NCBI GenBank assembly: GCA_000004695.1
Contig: CM000153.2
Location: forward strand, 1,728,001-1,792,000
DNA length: 64,000 nt
Direction of reading: 5' to 3'
Source of the DNA: Dictyostelium discoideum
Lineage: Eukaryota
Shown: positions 57,353 through 64,000 of the stretch, in pieces
Layout: each line of letters opens with the position of its first letter
Position numbering within the stretch: the first letter of the stretch is position 1
Program-made: the position numbers and the translations under genes
Notes under the pieces: model-generated
Databases searched by the model: none
What the model was told of the DNA's origin: nothing
The model's input: the letters and a program-made list of their open reading frames with translations, nothing else

Positions 57353-59081
57353 ATGACAGAAACAACAACATCATTGAGAGAGATTGGAAATAAATTCTTT
57401 AAAGAAAAAAGATTAAATTTAGCAATTGAAAATTATAATAAAGCAATAGAATTTGACCCATCAGATTATCAATCATATACAAATAGATCATTAGCATATT
57501 TTCAAAAAAAAGAATATGAAAATTCTTTAGAAGACTCTAAAGAAGCAATTAAAATTAACCCACAATGGGATAAAGCTCATTATAGATATTCAATGGCATT
57601 AAAACAATTTAATAGATTAGATGAATCATTAAGATCTTTATATATAATTTATAATAGATTTTATAATTCAACCAACAACAACAATACCACCACTTCTTCA
57701 AATTCAAATAACATTGATATAAATTTAATTACAAAAGAAATTGATAATATTCAAAAACTTTTAATATCCAACAGATATTCAAAAGATATTATTTCCCAAT
57801 CTGAAACATTTTCAAATTCTATCAACGCCAATGTTAAAGTTGATTATATTAATGCAAACCTTGGAAAAAGTGTTTTCTTAATAAAAGATATAACAAATTA
57901 TAATCAACCATTAATATCTGAAAATCCTTTAGTTTCAAATTTATCTTCACTTTATTTTGATGTAAGTAAACTTTTTTTATTATTATTATTATTTTAGTGA
58001 TAATTATACTAAAATTTGTTTTTTTTTTAAAATTAAAAAAGGAAAATTATAAAAGTTGTTTTCATTGTTTAAAATCTATATTTGTAAATGAATCATGTTA
58101 TGGTGAGAAAATGAAAAAACAAAAAGAATTATTTATTGAAAAACCATCATTTACCTGTGATAAGAATTGTAAATTTGAAGTATATTGTTCAGAAAATTGT
58201 AAAAATGAAGCATGGAAACAGTATCATAATTTACTCTGTCCAAACTATGATCTCATTTTGAAACTATATGGATTTTGTCGTATTAAAAATCAAATATTCC
58301 CACTTGTAATTATGAAAATGTTGGCAATTGTTTTAAATGATTTAAAAAATAATAAAAAATCATTAGAAGATTCATTATCACCATTTACATCTTTTCAATA
58401 TGATTTGTCTGATTCAATATTATCAGATGATCAATTAATTGCATATGCTTTTATAATTGATATTTTTAAATCAATTTTAAAAGAAAAAAATGATGAAATT
58501 ATTTTTAATCAATGTAATGTATACATTTTTTTTTAAAACTATTATTTATTTGTTTATTCTATTCAATTCCATTCTATTCTATTCTTTAAATATATTAATT
58601 TGTTTGATTATTTATTTTAGTAATTAATAAAGAAAGATATTACCAATTTAATTCGATTTTAAAATTAAATTCATCAGATGTACAACCATTATCAATTTTA
58701 GAAGAATTAATTGATAATAAAGTTTCAAAAGCAGGAATTAAAGAAACTAATATAAAGATTGGTGATGAGGTGATTGAAATCGATTCCATTGGTGAATTTT
58801 TAGAAAAAAATAAATTACCAACCATTTCAATTAAAGGAGTAGGATTATATAGAGTTATCAATTCAATTAATCACTCTTGCGAACCAAATGTTTTTTGTTC
58901 ATTTAGTAAAAATGATCATTCAATGACAATTTATCCAACACCAAAAATGCAATTGAAAAAAGGTCAAGAAATAAATATTAGTTATATTAATGAAGATTTA
59001 CCATTTAGTCAAAGACAAAAATTATTAAAAGAAAATTATTCATTTAATTGTAATTGTAAAAAATGTAAAAATAAAGAATAG
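57353..59081 (+). CDS. SET and MYND domain protein with N-terminal TPR repeats (SMYD4-like lysine methyltransferase); join(57353..57961,58042..58513,58621..59081)
   Basis: Exon 1 has TPR repeats (AIENYNKAIEFDPSDYQSYTNRSLAYFQKKEYENSLEDSKEAIKINPQWDKAHYRYSMAL) then the N-SET start (VKVDYINANLGKSVFLIKDITNYNQPLISENP) and a gtaagt donor at 57962. Exon 2 has the MYND finger (CFHCLKS...C...C...FTCDKNCKFEVYCSENCKNEAWKQYHNLLC) and a gtaatg donor at 58514, phase 1. Exon 3 has the C-SET/post-SET region (GVGLYRVINSINHSCEPNVF...EINISYINEDLPFSQRQKLLKENYSFNCNCKKCKNKE*). The start coordinate follows the ORF track; see the finding on a 1-nt inconsistency at 57352-57361. Confidence 0.8.
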
Positions 59082-59149
59082 AAAAAAATATTTTAAAACA
59101 AAAATAAATTATTATTTATTATTATTATTTATTATTATTTTTAGATTGT

Positions 59150-61475
59150 TTAATCTAAATTACGATTTGAAGATAAAATTAATCTTTGAATATTTTTACT
59201 GAAATCATGATCGTTAACCAAGGTTTCTAAATTGATATGCATACGATATCTCCAATAATGCATTGGATTTGAAGGTTCATTAATCTTTTCTTCTTTTGGA
59301 TCTCTGCTACCATATTCACTAGAGATACCGAACCAATCTTGAATTGGAAAGATTGAAATCATAGATTGAGAATGTAAATGTTGAGTGATAACGGCCTCAC
59401 TAACATAAGGTTCACAAAAGTAAGGAGCATCACCAAACATTCCCAAGATTTTATTGTAGAAAACTTGAGAACGAGCTCTATCTTCTTCCCACCAACCTCT
59501 CAAGGTACTCATATCATGAGATGAGGTAGTATTTACAGTGAGATAGGAATATTCATTTGGATGATAGAAATCTTTATTTGAATCGGAAGGCATACGTTGA
59601 ATTCTTAAACCAAGGATACCTAAATCGTTGAGTACAGGCTCAACACATTTTGGAACCATACCTAAATCTTCACCACAAACCAACATCTTTGTGCAACCTT
59701 TAATCAAAGGTAAACGTTGAAGAGCAATTTGTGCCCAAAGTTCCTCTTGTCTTTCATAGTAGTAAGAGATGTATAAACGATGGAGAATGGTCTTGATATC
59801 ATCAGAGAGTTCATTGAAATTGCTAGTTTTGGTGATTTCAATTCTTGGATAGAAACGATTTTCATCCTCTGCATCGGCCAAGAGACTTACATTTTGAACC
59901 AATTTAAAGAGACCAGATTTATACATTGCATCCTCTTCATTGAGATTCTTTTCAATGAGACGCTCAGTGGCAAACTCTGGTTTCATATTGAAACAATTGC
60001 TTGAATATTCAACGAGGAATTTAGTTGCGACAGAATCGGCGTATTCACCAAATAACTCTCTAAGAGTATGATAACGAATGTATGGTTGAGTTAAACGATC
60101 GATATCCCAAAGACCATTGTTTTGAAGTTCACTTCTCCACAATGGTAATGATGGATTGAATTTACCCAATAAACCAGTGACACAAGTGGTTGGAATCTCC
60201 CAAATTCTAAAGAAACCCAAGATATGATCGATTCTAAATGCATGGAAATATTTTGACATTTGACCCAAACGTGAACGCCACCAAGCATAGCCATCCTTTT
60301 TCATGACTTCCCAATTGTAAGTTGGGAAACCCCAATTTTGACCATCATCAGCGAAAGCATCAGGTGGTGCACCAGTTGACATATTCATACGGAATAAATG
60401 TGGTGATACCCAAGCATCAACTGATACTCTATTGACACCAATTGGTAAATCACCTTTTAAACCGATTCTTTTAGCTGATGCATATTTTGAAGCGGCTAGC
60501 AATTGATTGTGAAGATGGAATTGAACGAAATAATAATAACGCATATCATCATAGTATTTTGAGTTTGGTTTGGATTCCTTTTCAATGTCTTCAGGAGTGA
60601 TACTACTATAGACTGGCCATTGATCGAAATCTCCACTCTTATAGGTGTCACGTAAGACACTATACAAAGCGTAAGCTTTAATCCAATCTTCACTATCCTT
60701 TACAAATTGTAAAAACTCTTTGTTTCCATCCAATGATGCCTTTTCTTTTGAATAGATTTCACGTAATAATTTTGATTTCAAATTCATAACGGCTTCATAG
60801 TCTACAGTTGTTAATTTATTTAATTTTTCACGATGTTCATTTACTTGAGCCAATATCTTTGGATCCTTGGTTATTGAATCAATGTGAATATAAATTGGAT
60901 GAAGTGCATAAACCGATACAGAACTATATGGATAACTATCTCTCCATGTATAATAGACGGTGGTATCATTGATTGGCAATATTTGAATCATATGAAGTCC
61001 TGATTGATGTGACCAATCCACCAATTGATGTAAATCGTTGAATTCACCAATACCTAAACCTTGTTTACTTCTTAATGAGAAGATTGGTACTGCAACACCT
61101 GCGCTTCTTAATAATTGACTATCCTTAAATTCACCATCGTTAAAGAAGAAATCACGATCCTCATTGGTGGTACTTGAATATTCACTTGCATGAGTGGCAC
61201 TTGCTGTGAACCATCTATCATTACCATATTCCCAATGAACAACTGATTTAATCTTATCGGCAATAATATATTTATAAGAGAATGGTAATTGATCTTTTGA
61301 AAACTCTAAATCAACTTTCCAAATTGGATAACTTTCATCACTTAATTTAACTGCTCTATCTGTTCTCCAATTACCTAATTGTGTATTACTACCAACAATA
61401 TAAATTGAATGATTTGGTGGTACATATGTTGATTTAACTTGGAAATGAATTATAACTTTATCTTTAAAAATTTAA

Positions 61476-61529
<54 letters not shown>

Positions 61530-61744
61530 AATGTTAATATTAATAATTAATTATTTTTTTTAATCAAATTAATTACTACATACCAGCTTGAGTTTGTTTA
61601 ATTAAAGAATATTGAGTTGGATTTTCTCTTCCAAAGAGTACTTCTCTAAAGAATGAAGAATTCAAATAAGTATTTTCAGCTGATGTTGGACTCTATTATT
61701 TTATTATTTAAAGTGAAATTGATTAGTAATAGAGTTTTAATTTA

Positions 61745-61779
<35 letters not shown>

Positions 61780-62086
61780 TTACTTGATAAGTATCTCTAA
61801 ATTCATGAATATAATTTGAATTTAAATCATTTAAATTAAAGGTACGGTTTGAACCACTCTCCCAAATCTTTTCACCATTAGTATCCATAACAAAGTATTT
61901 ATAATCTACTTTATTGTTTGATGCTGGAAATTGAATTAAAGTTTCCCAATCTCCATTATCGCAGTAGGTTAATTTGGTGGCTTTTGATTCATCCCAATTT
62001 CCTAATGGTTCAGTTGATCCTGATACATATAACTCTTGTCCTAATCTTGTGAAATAGTTAACTTTGAATCTAATAAAGTTTGCCAT
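59150..62086 (-). CDS. 4-alpha-glucanotransferase (GH77 disproportionating enzyme, DPE2 type) with two N-terminal CBM20 starch/glycogen-binding domains; complement(join(59150..61461,61584..61692,61784..62086))
   Basis: Exon 1 (track ORF 61742..62086) reads MANFIRFKVNYFTRLGQELYVSGSTEPLGNWDESKATKL...YKYFVMDTNGEKIWESGSNRTF (CBM20), followed by gtaagt. Exon 2 is short (109 nt). Exon 3 starts with the second CBM20 (VIIHFQVKSTYVPPNHSIYIVGSNTQLGNWRTDRAVKLSDESYPIWKVDLEF...YKYIIAD) and runs into the GH77 catalytic domain (GIGEFNDLHQLVDWSHQSGLHMIQILPINDT...GVNRVSVDAWV...YFHAFRIDHILGFFRIWEIP...MLVCGEDLGMVP...LGLRIQRMP). The stop is at 59150. Confidence 0.85.
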
Positions 62087-62780
62087 TTTTTTTTTTTTTT
62101 TTTTGTTTCTTTTTCTCTTTTTTTTTTTATTATACCAAATCTTTGCTTTTTTGCTTTTTGCTTTTTTTTTTTAAAAAAATTAAAAAATTATGAAATTATG
62201 AAATAATTAATTAAAAAATAAAAAATAAACAATAAACAATTAAAAAGCAATTAAAAAATTATTATAATAAATAAAATTAAAAAAAGCAAAAAAAAAAAAA
62301 AATTGTGAAAAAATGCTGATGTTACAAAAAAATTGTGAAAAAATGCTTTTTTTTTTTATTATTTTTTTGACCAGTCGGATAAAAAATAAAAACACTTCAA
62401 CACTCGGAATTAAAATCAAAAAACGTGACCAATTAAATTTTTTTTTTTTTTCCACAAACTAATCAAATAAAAATTTTATTTTTTTTTTTTTTTGTATTTT
62501 TTTTTTTAAAATACCTTTTGATAGAAATATTCAAATTTGAGTCATACTTAAAAAAAAGAATTTGGTATGAATAGAACACCCAAAAAACAAAATGATATTA
62601 TCAATAAAATTTTTTTTTTTTTTTTTTTATAAAATTAAAATTATTTTTAGTATTTTCTAATATAGAAAATATCCATATGAGGAAATATTCTAAAAATAAC
62701 TTAAAAAAATATCGATATTAAATAAATATTAATAAGATTTTAAATATTAATATTTTTATCAACACCAGAAATTTTAAAAG

Positions 62781-62817
<37 letters not shown>

Positions 62818-63018
62818 AAATCGGAATGGATTTCGATGAAAATTACCACGTAGTTTTTTTTTTTTTTTTTTCTTTTAAAATTTCTGAAATAAAAAATAAT
62901 AAAAAAATTAAAAATATATTTTATATTAATAATAACAAAAAAAAAAAAAACAAATCAAATTCATAACTAAAAAAAAAACAATAATTTATATATAATTAAA
63001 AAAAAAAATTTATATATA

Positions 63019-63714
63019 ATGTCCCAAAATATTGACCCATTTAATTTAATGGAAAAGTCAGTCAGTGAATCGATTATAAATATTAATAAAATTTATAATA
63101 AATGGTATTCATTATTAAATGAAACTAATACATTTTCAAACAAAAAATTTAAATTTTATACTAAAGAAATCAATAGAATGATAAATGATATAGAAATTGA
63201 TTTAAATGATATTTCAAATTCAATGAAAATTATTGAAAATAATAATAATAAAAATGAAAAATTTAAAAATATACCAAAACAAGAAATTCAAAGAAGGAAT
63301 GAATTTTTAAAGGAATCAAAAAATGAAATTAATAATATTAAAATAAAATTATCAAATGAAGAAGTAATTAAAAAAATAAATAGTGATAAATTAAAAAATC
63401 AAGAATTTAATAATTATAATAAAAGTAATAATTATACCAATTATATAAAACATCAAAATGAAATTAAAGATACAGAATTTTTAAATGAGCAAATTGAATA
63501 TAAAAAATCATTAATGGATAAACAAGATAAAGAATTAGATTATTTATTAGGTGATGTTAAAACAATTCACGAAATTAGCCTTGAAATTCAAAAAGAATTG
63601 GAAATTCAAAATAAAATATTAGGAAATCTAAATGATAGAGCAGATCAATCCCTTTTTTCAATTAATAGCGTTATGAGACAATTAGATAGATTCAAAGAAA
63701 GTTGGTTTAAATAA
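63019..63714 (+). CDS. Qc-SNARE of the syntaxin-6 / Tlg1 family (N-terminal syntaxin-6 domain plus SNARE motif); 3' end probably incomplete in this window
   Basis: ATG at 63019. The N-terminus (DPFNLMEKSVSESIININKIYNKWYSLL) resembles the syntaxin-6 N-domain (DPFFVVKGEVQKA...WTELL). The C-terminus (QDKELDYLLGDVKTIHEISLEIQKELEIQNKILGNLNDRADQSLFSINSVMRQL) is a Q-SNARE heptad motif (cf. [54 protein letters not shown]). No transmembrane anchor is present before the in-frame stop at 63712. Confidence 0.55.
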   Translation: MSQNIDPFNLMEKSVSESIININKIYNKWYSLLNETNTFSNKKFKFYTKEINRMINDIEIDLNDISNSMKIIENNNNKNEKFKNIPKQEIQRRNEFLKESKNEINNIKIKLSNEEVIKKINSDKLKNQEFNNYNKSNNYTNYIKHQNEIKDTEFLNEQIEYKKSLMDKQDKELDYLLGDVKTIHEISLEIQKELEIQNKILGNLNDRADQSLFSINSVMRQLDRFKESWFK

Positions 63715-64000
63715 ATTAATTTTTTGTTTATTTTTGTAATATTACTATTTATTTTTTTTAAAAAAAATTATCAAAAATAAATTATTTATTTTCTAAAAAA
63801 GATGAAATTTTTAATAATATTATATATTATATTATATTACTCAATCAAACTTTAGAATTATCAAATTATAATAACAAAACAAAATAAATAGTATACATAC
63901 ATTAAAGTTAATAATTTAATTTTATAGAATCAATTAATCATTAGATAATTTACCAATAATATTTCTAATTGGAGCAATAAAAAATATTACTTTAAAATAT

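Overview
The window is AT-rich (about 75-80% A+T) eukaryotic nuclear DNA. Long poly(A)/poly(T) tracts, (AAT)n/(CAA)n runs that sit in-frame as poly-Asn/poly-Gln, and short (about 70-330 nt) very AT-rich introns with GTAAGT/GTATGT donors and (T/A)AG acceptors all point to a dictyostelid social amoeba (Dictyostelium discoideum-like). It is not prokaryotic, so I looked for no operons, CRISPR arrays or defence islands, and found none. I reconstructed 18 protein-coding genes by hand from the ORF track plus splice-site reading; intron boundaries are usually good to a few nucleotides, and the exon joins are given in each call. The genes, in order, are: a multi-pass membrane protein; ribosomal protein eS12; a secreted GH9 cellulase with a Thr-rich tandem linker and a GPI-anchor-like tail; a PCID2/CSN12-like PCI protein; a PP2C phosphatase; symplekin (7 exons); an SRSF7-like RRM + CCHC zinc-knuckle + RS/RD protein; a divergent TCP-1/CCT-family chaperonin paralog; an AFG3-like m-AAA FtsH protease; a Cdc15/Cdc7(S. 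pombe)/SepA-like STE kinase; EI24; a PTB/hnRNP-I-type four-RRM protein; a C2H2 zinc-finger Asn/Gln/Ser-rich protein; DPH1; the U-box cyclophilin PPIL2; a TPR-MYND-SET SMYD4-like methyltransferase; a DPE2-type 4-alpha-glucanotransferase with tandem CBM20 domains; and a syntaxin-6/Tlg1-like Qc-SNARE whose membrane anchor is probably encoded beyond the window. The most unusual structure is a 13.9-kb stretch (36.0-49.9 kb) with no credible ORF. Its downstream half has strong C/A-over-G/T asymmetry on the + strand, contains (CA)n/(GT)n/(AAT)n microsatellites, several perfect hairpins, a tRNA D-arm-like fragment and a DUSE-like motif, and lies upstream of the C2H2 gene. Other points worth follow-up are a group of cysteine-rich ORF fragments with no ATG at 11.7-12.9 kb, a perfect 16-bp palindrome, a tandem 41-bp repeat, and one place (57.35 kb) where the displayed sequence and the ORF track disagree by one base. 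The ORF track treats GTG/TTG as starts, so several track starts are not true initiators; I moved these to the first ATG where I could see it.
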